NCBI GenBank assembly: GCA_964658305.1
Contig: OZ210885.1
Span: 17,236,001-17,300,000 of the forward strand
DNA: 64,000 nt
Direction: 5' to 3'
Source: Leptogorgia sarmentosa
Taxonomy: Eukaryota
Shown: one piece after another, positions 38,627-51,603 of the stretch
How the letters are laid out: the number at the start of each line of letters is the position of its first letter
Numbering within the stretch: the first letter of the stretch is position 1
The notes under the pieces: model-generated
The model's input: only the letters and a program-made list of their open reading frames with translations
Databases searched by the model: none
What the model was told of the DNA's origin: nothing
Position numbers and translations under genes: made by a program

Positions 38627-40543
38627 TGACATTGATCAGAAAACTCTTTTAAAACTATATTCACTTGATCAACATAAACCATTTGCAGTACAAATAAGTG
38701 GATTTCACTTGACGGCACAAACACATTGTTGCTTTCCAGGTAGAGAAAAATGTTGAGAAATCTTGACACAACAACTCTGTTTACATTGCGCCAAAGCCTT
38801 TCGATGCGTTGATTGTGCACAGAAGTCCCAGTTATAACACGTCCTCTGTTAATACCCCTATGTTGAAGCATGTACCCCTTCCCACCTCTGAACCCCCCAA
38901 ACTGAGGTCACACCGTACACGAGATGGGAGGTTATATATTCTCAACAGCAGTTTAAAAACGTTGCAGTACTGTTTCAGCTCTATTATTGGTTGATGCCTG
39001 CAGATATGTAATCAAACGAGAGTAACCATCAATTGCACCATGTATGACTATTCTGTATGGTTCGATCAACTTATGATTACTATCAATGTGCCTAAAATGA
39101 TGTTCACACAAAGGAATTGAAACTATTTTTGCAATAATGTCAAGATAAATTAATTTCTAATGTGTCCAACCTTTTTTTATCATACAAAGATGGATTACAA
39201 ATACTTGCCATAATGAGTTTGGACGTATGATTACGTCCGACGTATGATTTGTCGAGCATTTCTTAATGTTGAGCTAACAGGGTCCACTCTTCGCAAAGAC
39301 TGAAAAACCCTTGCCCTTTGCACATGAACTCCTCTTTAAAGAGCCTTGCACTAGTCTCAATCCTGCTGAAGGAGTAACTCCCAGCACTTCTCGAACAATC
39401 CCATCTAGTTGAACATTCGTCAAGTCAGCGAATTCTCTTCCATTTACTGTCATGCCAAGTTCATGTCTACGACGCCAAAGTGTTCTGTTTGATACTTGCA
39501 ATATGCAAGCAATATCGTTCCACCGAAACCCAGCACCATTGTGTAGAGCTTCAAGTTGGGCTTGGGTGATTTGTATTCTAGGGCGGCCGGGTGCATTTGG
39601 TCGTTAGCTACCTATATCATATTTCATATTTGTGAATGGTTTGCTTAGTAAACTGCAGAAATCACTTCTAAAAATAACGAATCATGAAAACAGATCCCCT
39701 TTTGTTTCAGAAAGCCAATCCCAAAACTTATTCATATTGGGTAGGTACTTACCCCGTCATCTGGGTGAAAATTGAGATGTTCATAACCTGGTTCATTGTA
39801 TTCGTCGCTTTCTTCAACATTAGAAAGGGACTCTAATTGCTCAACTGGGATTGGTAATGTATCTCACTCAAGCAATACAAGGAATTCAAGACAAAAGGCA
39901 TATCTCTGTACGTTTCGGCGAGACTTGAAAGGACTGACAATGTCCTTTCATACTCATCCACATCTTCTTTGCGAAGGTCTTTGCCTTTCACAGATTTCAA
40001 TGAGCCTACCCAGTGAATGGAAAAAGTCTGCATAATTTGGAAGCCATCTCTGCGCCATCTTTATTATGTATAGCTTTAATTTATCATTATTCGTAGGGCA
40101 AATAAAACAGACAGCAGTAAATGTCGAAATGAAATGAAATGACATTGACAAACATCCTGTGTAATCCTGTGAAGTGGTAAAAACAAAAGTGTACACAACA
40201 AACACAGTCTAATCTACCTACGGCGTATTATCCCCAGGGTACAAAAGCCCGCTTCCGGTTTTCTGTTTCTTCATATCCGCTTCCTTTTGTTAAAAAATTA
40301 CACACTCTCGACTTCGAATTTTTTTTGCCGACTCCGATTACATAAAATACAGTACATATGCTACTTCCGTTTCCTTTCGCTTATATATTTTGCATTTCCT
40401 CTCAACTTCGCCTTTCATGTTTTCGACTTCGAAATAGTCGACTTGGACATATTTGATTTGGATTTCCAAATATTCGACTTCAAAAACATTTGACCTTGGT
40501 GAAATATTATTGTTCGTATTTCTGACCGCAACGGAACGCCATA
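38627..40543 (-). mobile_element. IS3EU-like element 5' part: terminus plus 3-exon integrase-core transposase pseudogene
   Basis: Terminus TATGGCGTTCC at 40543. ATG ~40058. [23 protein letters not shown]...[27 protein letters not shown]. Probable C-terminus (QTLEDANGITHYLVALQ...DQ*) lies at 30660-30753. Confidence 0.75.
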
Positions 40544-41590
40544 GAGCTATCTTGTGTTAACAATATCAGTCATACATTATGTGTATATTACACCTAGCAT
40601 ATTATCACATAGAAAATACTTGTAGTTGACTTTCTGTATCAGTACGTACATTTTGAAATTCCGAAAATGTGGCCAAATCATTAGGGATGGAGTGTTCGGT
40701 GATTTTTGTTTTCAAAAGTCACACGAAGGAATGTGTGCTGACCAATTTCCAATAATGAAAGCTATGGTTCAACCATCAGTACCATGCATTGCCAATTAGT
40801 CATGGAAGAATGGCTTGTTGAAAAGAACATGATTGGAAAGTCTTTCAGTCCAACATTGTTGAATTCATCCATTCATATATGTAAAGGTTGTGTGTGTCCT
40901 GAGAAATGTCCTGATGGGTTAAACAGGGACTGGGATTCATCAGCCAAAAAACAATAGAAAATAGGAAATGAGACCTTTTATTTGAAATTCTCACAAGCTC
41001 AAATTTTTCAACTTTTTGCAAACAAAAAATGGTTTGACAAAGACTGTAGATTGAAAAGACACCACCTAAGAAGACTAGCCAACCAAAAGCATAAAGACCC
41101 AACTAATACCGAAATTAGAAATGAATATCACACTGCTTTAAAAGACTACAAAAATACTTTAAAAATAAAGAAAGATAAAGTGGAACAGCTAGAAAATGCC
41201 ACAAATGATCCTATACTATTCTGGAAAATTCTAAAAAATAGCACAGACGAAATCAATCCTAATGATAGGTCCAAAACACCATCACAGAGTCGATGGCTAA
41301 ACCACTTTCAAACACTTCATTCGGAACATACTATTACAAAAAAAACAAGAAGAAACTCTGAGACTCCTAAAAGAATCTGAAAAATTCAAAGACAAATTTA
41401 ATGATCTAGACAAAGATCTGGAAGATTTCCTGACATGTGGACGGAAGGCCTCATAACCCTGATCCACAAGTCAGGGAACCTACTTGATCCCAACATCTAC
41501 CGAGGCATATGCTCTCTAGCTGCATGGGAAAACTTTTTTGCTCCATCCTAAACACAAGACTGATGGATTTTGTAAATGAGAAAAAACTTA

Positions 41591-41704
41591 CTGTACTTAC
41601 TCGTTTGAGCGCCGTGGCGCTCTTTAAATTTTGAGAGCTTCTGATGCGGCGCTCATTCAAGGGCAGCGCTCAATCGGAGGCGGCACTGAAACGAGTAAAT
41701 ACGG
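41591..41704. mobile_element. 114-bp Tc1/mariner/pogo-type MITE
   Basis: TIRs CTGTACTTACTCGTTTGAGCGCCG vs CCGTATTTACTCGTTTCAGTGCCG, with TA on both flanks. Confidence 0.8.
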
Positions 41705-42008
41705 TATCCACCAATCCCAGATTGGCTTCATACCTGGAAACCGAACTGCGGATCATTCACTCACACTGGAAACTCATGCTTCGTTGACTTTAAAAAAGCC
41801 TTTGACTCTGTATGGCACCAAGGCCTGTTTTACAAACTATTAGAGAACAAAATAGGAGGACATTTCTACGATCTTATCAAAGACACATACTCCAATACCA
41901 ACCTCCTACGCAGGCCTTTCTGCGTGTTATGCGGGCGGAGCGGGTAGTGCGGGCAGAAAAAATCACGAGGGAGCCGCGCAGTTAGGCCTGCCAAATAATC
42001 TTTCCAAT

Positions 42009-43445
42009 ATGGCGGCCAAAGATCATCGTGTAAATGAAAAAGCTTTTATTCAGGAGTGTTATGCGGAAAGAGTATTTCAAAAGGCAAGCGAAAGTGGGAA
42101 AGTGATTTGCCCAGACTGTTATGCGAATGAAAATCATATTAATTTCTTCACTGAGGCAGGAGTGCATTATCATTATCGAAGATTCCACAAACGGACGACC
42201 TTTGATGCTGATAAAGCTCTGAGTTTGTTCAAAGATTTACATTTCTGTGAAAGTAAACGCTTTCTCCGGCAGTTGATGGACTTTCGAGAAAGTCACAATG
42301 ATGGTTTCAAGACTTTTATCGTACAGTCTGAGGATCTTGAAACTGAAATTCTTGGTAAACATAAAAAGGAAATCGTAAAACTTGCTGGGTTGGTCTTATC
42401 ACATGGGGATTTTGTTCATAATATGTCAAGAGTTGGATATCATATCTCTGTGATCGAGAAAGGAAATGATTGTGATTTTCCTGAGAAATTTGTTGTGTGG
42501 AAAACATCTAGCAAGATATATGCAGAGTCTGTTTATACCAGAGAAGTATGTCTTTTTAATCATAATGTAATAATAATGTAACAATCATGTTACTCATACA
42601 TACCTTATAGTTATAGTTACATATTGTTGTAGTTATATGTATCATGTATACCAAAATATTGAATATAATTATGGGTTATTATACTATGTAAATGATAATG
42701 TTCGCTTTCTCACATGTATTCGGCTTTATTTTTAGACACCTGTTCAAAGATTTACTGAGCAACCACTACAACGGTCCACAACACCATCAGGATACCAGTA
42801 TAGCAACAGCAAGCATGACCCACAAACAGTCCTTAAAAATGTTTTTGGATATTCTGAGTTTAGACCAGGACAAGAGGAAGCAATATCTGCTATACTAAGC
42901 AAGAAGGATGTTGTTGTAGTTATACCTACAGATGGTGGCAAAAGTATCATCTACACAATTCCAACACTTATATTACCTGGTGTAACTGTGGTTGTGTCAC
43001 CCTTACTAATGCTGATGCACGATCAGCTTCTTAATTTAAGAGAAAAGGGTATAAACACATGTTACATAAATTCCCTTCTATCCAGTGAACAGCGTGAATC
43101 AGTAATTGCAAACCTCTATCGATCAGACAGCGAGTACAAAATAGTCCTTGTGAGTCCAGAGGTATTACTGAGTCAATCCTTGCATTCCCTGATGGTTGAG
43201 TTGAAATCACAAGGACGCCTCAACTTCTTTGCAGTGGATGAGGCACACTGCATTGACACATGGGGTGTTGACTTTTGCCCAGAATATCAGGAGTTTGGGA
43301 GGCTCAAAAACTATGGTGTACCTGTCGTGGCGCTAACTGGTACAGCCACAAGTGTTACACTTAACCAAATTCAGGAGACCTTAAGACTAACAGATGCAAA
43401 GTATGTGCAGTTGCCTTTTAGACGGGACAATTTAGTGTTTGAAGA
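42009..43445 (+). pseudogene. RecQ-family SF2 helicase, N-terminal half (2 exons)
   Basis: Exon 42009-42545 (CPDC...H..RFH finger). Exon from 42736: FGYSEFRPGQEEAI, PTDGGKS, VVSPLLMLM.DQ, VSPE, VDEAHC..WG.DF.PEY, ALTGTAT, RDNL. Truncated after that. Confidence 0.88.
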
Positions 43446-43748
43446 AATCTGGTGTGTCAGCTGCCCTAAAGCAAGTTGCTGAATTAATAACCTCGCGCTT
43501 TAGTTTTTGCCTGATCTGAAAACCAGATAACTTGAATTGAACACCTTCAACTGATTGATCCTGGGTTGATGAATGGGGGCTTCCTGAAGCTGATACATGA
43601 CGCTTAGGAGCAGGCTCTGTCTCCTTACTTGATGGTGTCAAAGGATGTTTTTTAGGAAATGGTCTGTCCTCCTTTGCCTTTGGTGTTGAAGTAACATGTT
43701 CATGTTCACCTTAATGTATTAAAAACATCATATTTGGTATTATTATTT

Positions 43749-43790
43749 GTAGTAGCAGTAGCAGTAGCAGTAGCAGTAGCAGTAGTAGTA
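43749..43790. repeat. (GTAGCA)n/(GTA)n microsatellite
   Basis: Directly visible. Confidence 0.9.
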
Positions 43791-46700
43791 GATGCAGCTC
43801 AACCTTAGTGTCTCACAACTACACTACTACGTTATACACAACTACAGGACACATACTACGCCACAATTTTGTTATCCAAGTGTTTAATTTCGTTCGTCAA
43901 AATAATCTCGCGTGTGCACTTGCCTACTCTACAACGTCAACAGTCTGGAATTCAGTATTATAGTTATAGTACACTATGACTATTACACACACAGACACGA
44001 GTCATTTTTGCCAAGGACCTTGACCTTTCAAAAATGTAAATTACTAATGCCAATACATTATTCATAAATATAATAACGTATAATCACATACCTAAACCCA
44101 TTTCTCCAAACGAAACATTGATGATATCGACATCGGACGAGCTATCGCCATCATCGCTGCCCATTGGCGTTGAACACTCCATTTTTTTCCGGCGCCTTGA
44201 GTATTTCCCAGCAGAAAGAAGCAAAATTTGTTTGGAAAGGCTTCGCAATGCATGATTCATACAGATTGGGTTTCGATGTATCATATTTCCCAAAATATTT
44301 GACCAAGACCACGAAAACGACACTAATACCCGGAAAACGAACATTATATAGCAGGCCTAATCCGCTTCGGCCTCAAGCTTCAAATTCCAAACCTGCGCAC
44401 GGGCATGACTCACGGGCATGGGTAGGGTGGGATTAGGCCTGTGGAGGAGGTTGCTCCAATACCAAATGTGCGATGAAACTCTCAGAAGGCCAAACCCCCT
44501 TCTTCCCATATAAAAAAGGTCTTCAAAATTGCCTTGACCAGCTACACAAATGGTGTGAAAACTGGTTATTGCAAATAAATACCAAAAAAACAAAGATTAT
44601 GATTTTTCAAAAACATAACTCCAACAAACCAACGAAGATTCAATTTAACATTGGTGGCAAAATAATAGATACAACCAAGGAATACAATTATCTGGGCCTA
44701 AAAATATCCCAAAACGGAAAATCCAAACTAGCTCAGCAACAACTGGGTGAAAAAGCCGTTCATGCTCTCTATAAAATCCGTAAAAACATCGACTTCCACA
44801 AACTATCCAAAACTTGCACTGAAAATTTTTTACTCAATCATATCTCCCATATTACTGTACAATTCGGAAATTTGCGGTGCTTATGATAAAAAGACTACAA
44901 TAAATGGGAAAATTCAGAAATTGAAAAAGTTCATCTAAGATTTTGCACGCTATACTTGGGCGTAAACAGAAAAGCGACAAATGTAGCTTGCAGAGGAGAA
45001 CTTGGTAAATTCCCTCTTCTCATAACAATCATGAAAAACATAATTAATTATTTCAAACACATTCACCAACTACCCGATGGCTCAATCGCGAAACAAAGTC
45101 TAAAAATATCCAAAAATCTTTATGCGAGCTAATAAAGAATCATATTACTCAAAAACACTTAACTTACTAAAACCCTACTACCCAAACGAATCAATCAATG
45201 AAGCTATCTTGAACCATGACACCACGACAGTCGTAAATAAAATGAAAGAAAAATACATCGAATTCTGGAAACGTAAATTAACAAACTCATCAAAACTGAC
45301 TTTCCTATCCTCATTCAAAACAGAATACAAAGTTGAACCATACCTGTCTCTCATTAACAACCCAAAAACAAGAAGATCTTTCATGCAATTTCGAATAAGT
45401 AACCACAAACTACAAATCGAATACGGTAGATACCAAAATATCCCTCGGGAAGAACGTACCTGTAAACTATGCGACTCTGGCGAAATAGAAGATGAATTTC
45501 ACTTCAACTTTGCATGTCAAAAATACACCCACCTTCGAGACAATTCAGATCCGATTTTGAAAACAATATTCGATCTGAACATAACAAATGAAAGTAAACA
45601 AAAATGATTGAAACACACAATGATTTCCAACGATCCGGTAATTATTAACCTTCTCTGAATATATCACCGCATGTTTTGCTAACAGAGAAAATAGTGTCAG
45701 ATCCACGGTACAAAACACAGTGGGATAAATGGTCTAACTATAGCCATAGCTAAGGCTAGCCCATTTATCTTATAGAAATTAATATATAGACTAACGATTA
45801 ATTAGTACACATAATAACTAGAATTCTAATCTAGAAAAGATGGTAATTAAGATGCAGTAAAAGTTATTAAATTTTAAGGTACACTTAATTAATCACCAAT
45901 GAACTGACCTGCACGATTTGCTGTATAATATGACTTTGTGATACTGTTGCTGCCTAGACATTATCAGAGGTGTAGCCAGGATTTATGGCCAAGAGGGGGC
46001 CACTCAACTCCACATAAAAAGTTGGTAACATGGTTGTCACCATACACTAGTACAATATTGTTGTATGTCCTGGTCAGATTGCATTGTGAGTTGCAGTGGT
46101 GTAACATGACTCGTTTGTGTGGGGAGATACAAAATATTTTGATTTGCTGATGGGTGTCATTATAAATGGGGCAGGGCGAATCTGACGTCCCATACTATCC
46201 GTTTTGAAAATTCAAATATGTTCACATCCAAAATCATAAAATTAGTTCCTCCCTTCTGTTTGTAACATATGTCTCTCATATCTTCCAAAACAACACCTGT
46301 CCCAACAAAACGAAGATTTTGATGTGCATTTTTAAAACTGTTATTAAGTTATATGAAAATTATTTTGGTCTTGCTTGTTTCAATCACCCTGTACCACACC
46401 GAACCAATTGTCGTTTAGGCCATGTTAAAAGCACAACAGAAGCAAAACACAATAGAAGCTGAATTTATGACAGACGGCATGCTTGTTTGTACTGCGGGGT
46501 ATTATGTACCAAATGTTAGGATTACTAAGATATATTGTGATACAAAACAGAACATAAACGTTTATCAAAATAAGAACCATAGAGTGAGCAATGTGTGAAA
46601 GGGTCACATGATGTCCACTGAACTAAAGATATAGAGGACTAGAAACACAGTTATTAATGTTCTAACACTGCCACTTAATAATTCTGTTTGATATGTTCAT

Positions 46701-46829
46701 TGTCCAAATGCAACATCTAATATATAAAAGTTTAAACATGCCAAGTTTATGATGAACAAATGTTCAACAAATTTTCGCAGTTTTTCAAAATCTGTCTTTA
46801 GGAAGAGCTTGGGTGGTCAAGGCAGTGGT

Positions 46830-48385
46830 CACAATGCATTTGATGGATTTCCAAGTGGTGAGCATTGGCCAAAGCTAACAATGTTCTTATACTTGAATAA
46901 CGAGCAACAGGAGAGAATACTTCTTCATAGTCGATACCATATGTTTGGGAATATCCCTGTGCGACCAATCGTGCTTTGTACCGATCTACTTCACCATTTG
47001 CTTTGCGCTTCACTTTCAATATCCATTTCGATCCAACAATAAATGCATCATAAGGGGGGGGGGGAGTCCAATTCCCACGCACGCGCCCCCCACAAGAGAG
47101 TCATACTCTGCTCCTAAGGCTTGCATCCACTCCCCAGAATTCTTTCCATTCAAGGCATTGATTACCGACTTTGGCTCATCATCATTTGCCGTTGACAATG
47201 TAGCAACATTGCATTCGTCAGGTGAGAATCTTTTGGGAGGATTTCTCATTGTCTTCGTACGAAGCTCCAGGTTGCATAACTCCCACTGCTGGTAAATTCT
47301 CTCCATGCTCGGCTTTGGGTAAATCAACTTGGTTTCTATCGTCTTCAGCATCAGGTTGCTGATCATGGTCAACAGCTACCCTTTCTTCTGGAGCATCTTC
47401 TCGTATGATTAACTCTTCAGGGACTGCTTCAAAGTTGTGGAAATTGCTTTCATGGAAAATCACATTTCTACTTCGCACAAACTTCTTCAATTTCAGGTCA
47501 TGCAGCTTATACCCTTTCGTGTCAATGCGGATATCCAACGAGTATCGCTTTCTGTGATGTAGGATCAAGCTTTTGTCGTAAATTTCTGGGCGTGTGAACG
47601 AAACAAATCAATCCAAATTCTCTCAGGTTCCATACATCTGGCTTCTTGCCAAACCAGTATTCATCTGGTGTTTTCATATCTAAGGAGGCTGTGGGACTTC
47701 TGTTGTGTAGATACACTGCTGTGTTGACAGCTTCTGCCCAAAAGTTGGTTGGTATGCTAGCATGGAATATCATGGACTTTCCAGATTCTAGGAGGGTTCG
47801 ATCGAGTCTTTCCGAGACGCCATTCTGTTCTGGAGTGTATGGATTCGTATACTGATGCACAATTCCCTTGTCTGCACAGTATTTGGAGAAATCACCGGAA
47901 ATGCATTCGCCACCATTGTCTATCCATAATATTTTTACAGACATCTGATTTATTCTGAAGAAAATATAATGTGACTGCTGTAATCATCGGTGAAGGTTAA
48001 TACGTATTTGCTTCCGCCAATGGGATCAATGTTCATTGGTCCACATACATCAATGTGAATCAATTCTAGTGGTCGAGTCGTCTTGCTGAAGCTTTTCTTA
48101 GGTACTGATATCCGATGCATCTTTGCTTTGGCACATGCTTCACACTGCTGATGGGTATTTCCTTCTGAGCAACTCATGCCATTAACCATTTTCTTCTGCA
48201 ATAGTATATTAATGTTTTTGTAATTTATGTGGCCATACCTGCAATGCCATACTTCCAGAGATGCTTTACTGGAAGCAACATTTGCATTGGCAGGCTCGGT
48301 ACTGACCACATATAAATTACTACTCATAAGGTGTCCAAAGTTCATTGTCTTGCCACCCTTTGTCACATCACATTTGTTATTCTAA
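46830..48385 (-). mobile_element. Ty1/Copia pol fragment (pre-integrase, integrase, start of RT), decayed; no LTRs seen
   Basis: WHCRYGH...CEAC...LELIHIDVCGP; DNGGE...[49 protein letters not shown]. Integrase precedes RT. Confidence 0.93.
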
Positions 48386-48977
48386 CAAGCAGTAACAAGC
48401 ACAGCCCTGCGTAAATACATTGCGACGATGAGTCAAGTCCTTTCCCTGAAAGAACATGAGATCAGCCAACCTCGTACCCAGGTGCCTTCTCATAAGGGTG
48501 TTCTCGATTACCCGTTTTATCGGTTACACCCGTTTGCGGGTTAGGGTTAGGAAGGAAAACGGGAGAAGCCCTGGAAAACGCTGTCGCGTAATATATGCGA
48601 TGAAAGTTATACCGGGGGGAGCAATCCAACTTATCCAAGTAAATTCGTAATATTTTGCCGAATGGATTAAGGTCGTATACTTTTGCATTTTGTTTATCAT
48701 AATACTTTTAATTGTGTATATTGTTTTGGATCAATTGATTTCATCTCCCTCCATGTGAATACACTGCATTATATAGTGAAAATAAGTGAAGATTTTGGCA
48801 AACGATAATGAAAATCAATCCATGAAGTACAAACTTCGAAATATACATTTTTAGTATAACTTTGGAGGAAACAATAACATTCTTGCAATATGATGGGTTT
48901 GGGCTTTGGCGTAGCCAAAGTGTCAGGTGATAGTCAACATTACAAATTTATAATAAAACAATTAGTTGCCTCACACC

Positions 48978-50169
48978 CAGTCCCGGATTAACCCCATGGC
49001 AGACCCGGCATATGCCGGGAGCCCCACGCTTTTGGGGGGCCACGCTTTTGGGGGGCCCCGCTTTTTATAAAGGAAACTTTTCTTTTTCTGTTCTGAAGTT
49101 TCCACAAAGAAATACAGGCCCCTGGCTTTTGAGGGCCCTCGCGCTTTATATAAAGGAAATGTTTCTGTTTCTGTTCTCAGGTTTCCATAAAGCAATATAG
49201 ACCCCTGGCCCCTGGAGGCCCTGCGCTTTTGGGGGCCCCCGCGCTTTATATAACGGAAAATTGGAAATGCTTCTTTTTTTATTCTGAGGTTTTAACAAGC
49301 GATAAAGCCCCTGGCCCAGAAGGGGAGAAATTGCAAAGCCTGCTGAAAGCTAAAAGCAAATGTTTTTGAGGTCAGCCAGAAGGTTATGGGTTTTGGGGTT
49401 GCGATTGAATTATGTGTTTTAGCTGGTGTACAATTATAGTAAGAAAATCTTACAAAAAGAAACTTGAGAAAGGTATATCAGTAAGGTATCGCAATTCGAT
49501 AAAAGATGACAATGATGTCGGATTAAACGCGGAGTTGTTGGAACTGAGAATCTACAGGCTTCTCGTGGACAATAACCTGGAAACTTTATTTCCCAACACT
49601 TCATTGCATATCGCATCTTTCACTTATAATCTCCAACTGTTCTGGTGAAAGGTCATTCTCTGTACTGAAGAGAATTAAAAACCAAGTTCGATCGTGCATG
49701 ACACAGACGAGGCTCAACAGTCTTACCCTGCTGAGTGTGGAACACGAACTTTTGAGGAAAATGGACTTCACTGAATTGATTAAGGACTTCGCCAGTCAGA
49801 AGTTCCATAAACAAAATATAGTTTGATAACTATTTTGCTATATACATTTTGATGTTGAAACACTTCATTTGCACTTTATTCCTTTTTCCGATATGTGTAG
49901 TGTAGTATACTATAGTGTAGTAGTTTTTGTAAATATCACAACATTGTTTATGGGATAAAACGCGACATTTTCTTAATTTCCTCTTTTGAAGTTGAAGACT
50001 TGAAGTTCTATTAGATTTTCAGGGGGGAGAAGTGGAGAACCGCTTATAAAGCTATCGGTCTGTCAAAACAGGGTGGTGGTTGAGTGGCGTGGAAGGGGGG
50101 AGAGGGGGGGCAACTGGGCCCCGCGCTGATGAAATGCCGGGGGCCCCGCTCAACCATAATCCGGCCCTG
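48978..50169 (+). mobile_element. hAT deletion derivative with a dimerisation-domain remnant
   Basis: TIRs CAGTCCCGGATTA / CAGGGCCGGATTA. 8-bp TSD CTCACACC (48970-48977, 50170-50177). GGGGCCCC subterminal repeats. NCSGERSFSVLKRIKN..RS.M.QTRLNSL at ~49635-49825. Confidence 0.92.
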
Positions 50170-50278
50170 CTCACACCTGGTGATTGCAAGCTCATTATCA
50201 CATTCACATAGATGTTGCAACTAATTGTTAAATACATTGCATTGACATTTGCGACCCATGGTGTTGTTTTACCCTCAG

Positions 50279-50527
50279 GGGCCGGTTGTTCAAAGCTGGG
50301 TTAGCACTAACCCTGGGTTAAAATTTAACCCATTGTTTTAGTTTCTGTATTTCTGCACATTCGTCTATTTCAAAACTTCATGAACCAAAACTACTATTAC
50401 TACTCTACTGATCCAGACAAAATTTGTGAAGAAATATTACCAAGATTATAAACAAGCTGTTGGGAAATCTCCTTTGAATTTTATGTTGACCCTGGAGTGA
50501 GCTAACCGACTTTTCAGCAACTGGGCC
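50279..50527. mobile_element. Harbinger-type MITE
   Basis: GGGCCGGTTGTTCAAAG vs GGCCCAGTTGCTGAAAAG, with 3-bp CAG on both flanks. Confidence 0.7.
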
Positions 50528-51603
50528 CAGGTTGTCTAAATCTGCCATTCAGATACAATTTTTTTACAAACCATTCTGTATCAAAAAAAATTAAATGGTA
50601 ATTTATATACTACTAAAATGTGCTGAAAAATCTGTGATACAATATGATCTTTCTTGTCAAGGAAAACAATAATAATAACCATGGTTATTATTTACAGTTA
50701 CAATAACTTTAAACTTTCAGAGTGTTTTGACTAATTATTTACCCATTCCCATCCCTATTTGTTTTTTATGTTTCTGTAGCCAACGAAATAAATCACTCAT
50801 GTTGACAGAATGTGTTGGTGATGCCATAATGTCAGGGAAATTAACATGGTGTCTACCTGGTACTCTCTCAAATGGTTTCAGCTTTCTCAGATCTTGTAAC
50901 ATTGACATTTCATCTTCATTGGAACTCTTCTTACTGTGCTTTTTTGACCCTTCATGTATCTTCAATGTGTCATTCATTGCTGAGACAATTTTATGAATGC
51001 CTGAAGCAGCCTTTGATGCTCTTACCATAGCCTTTGTGGTTTTGTTTGGCCCCATACCTCTGACTACATCTTTGTTCACTCTGTTGCATATCTCCTGAGC
51101 CATATCACAAGCAATGTTTTTGCCTTGGCCACCATTCCAGTTGACATATTGACTCCATGTAACCCTATGTGCCATCTCCTCAAATAACAATGGCTCCATT
51201 TGTGCAATGCTGATGAACATTTCCACTGAATAATTGGTGAATGAACTAGACGACTTGAAGTACAGAAGAAAAATAGATGTTGCCTTTTACAATATTGAAT
51301 ATATAAGCTCTTTTCAAACGGGTTTACCTGCAAGTTTGATTATTTTCTACCAATGTACAATCATTTATTGAACTATCAAATTTAGCTTCTTTGCATGTGT
51401 CAATCAGCTGAAGTAGAAATACATAAAGTTCAATCATGTTCAAACCATCATGTTCAAACCATCATGTTCAAACCATAAAATCTGTGAAAAAAGAGAATTA
51501 GATAACATAGCTATTTTTTTTCATTGCATCATGATACTATGTGGCAAGCTGTGTCTAAAATTTAATTAAGTTTGTATTATCAGTATGAGTATCATTCCAT
51601 GTA

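Larger units (their letters stand above)
41899..44453. mobile_element. AcademH-like DNA transposon deletion derivative carrying a RecQ helicase fragment
   Basis: TIRs CAACCTCCTACGCAGGCCT vs CAACCTCCTCCACAGGCCT (16/19). 9-bp TSD CTCCAATAC at 41890-41898 and 44454-44462. The LINE sequence resumes across it. Confidence 0.85.
40990..45720 (+). mobile_element. Decayed RTEX-like non-LTR retrotransposon with two insertions
   Basis: WFDKDC; YRGI; QIGFIPGNRTADH; FVDFKKAFDSVWH; LQINTKKTKIMIF; FRISNHKLQIEYGRY...CKLC...EDEFHF...C zinc knuckle. Confidence 0.85.

Noticed and set aside
42988..43482. Host RecQ gene (RECQL/BLM/WRN)
   Set aside because: Truncated and enclosed by TIRs and a TSD inside a LINE, so no gene symbol assigned.
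51437..51477. Three copies of catgttcaaaccat
   Set aside because: Local slippage duplication with no further structure.
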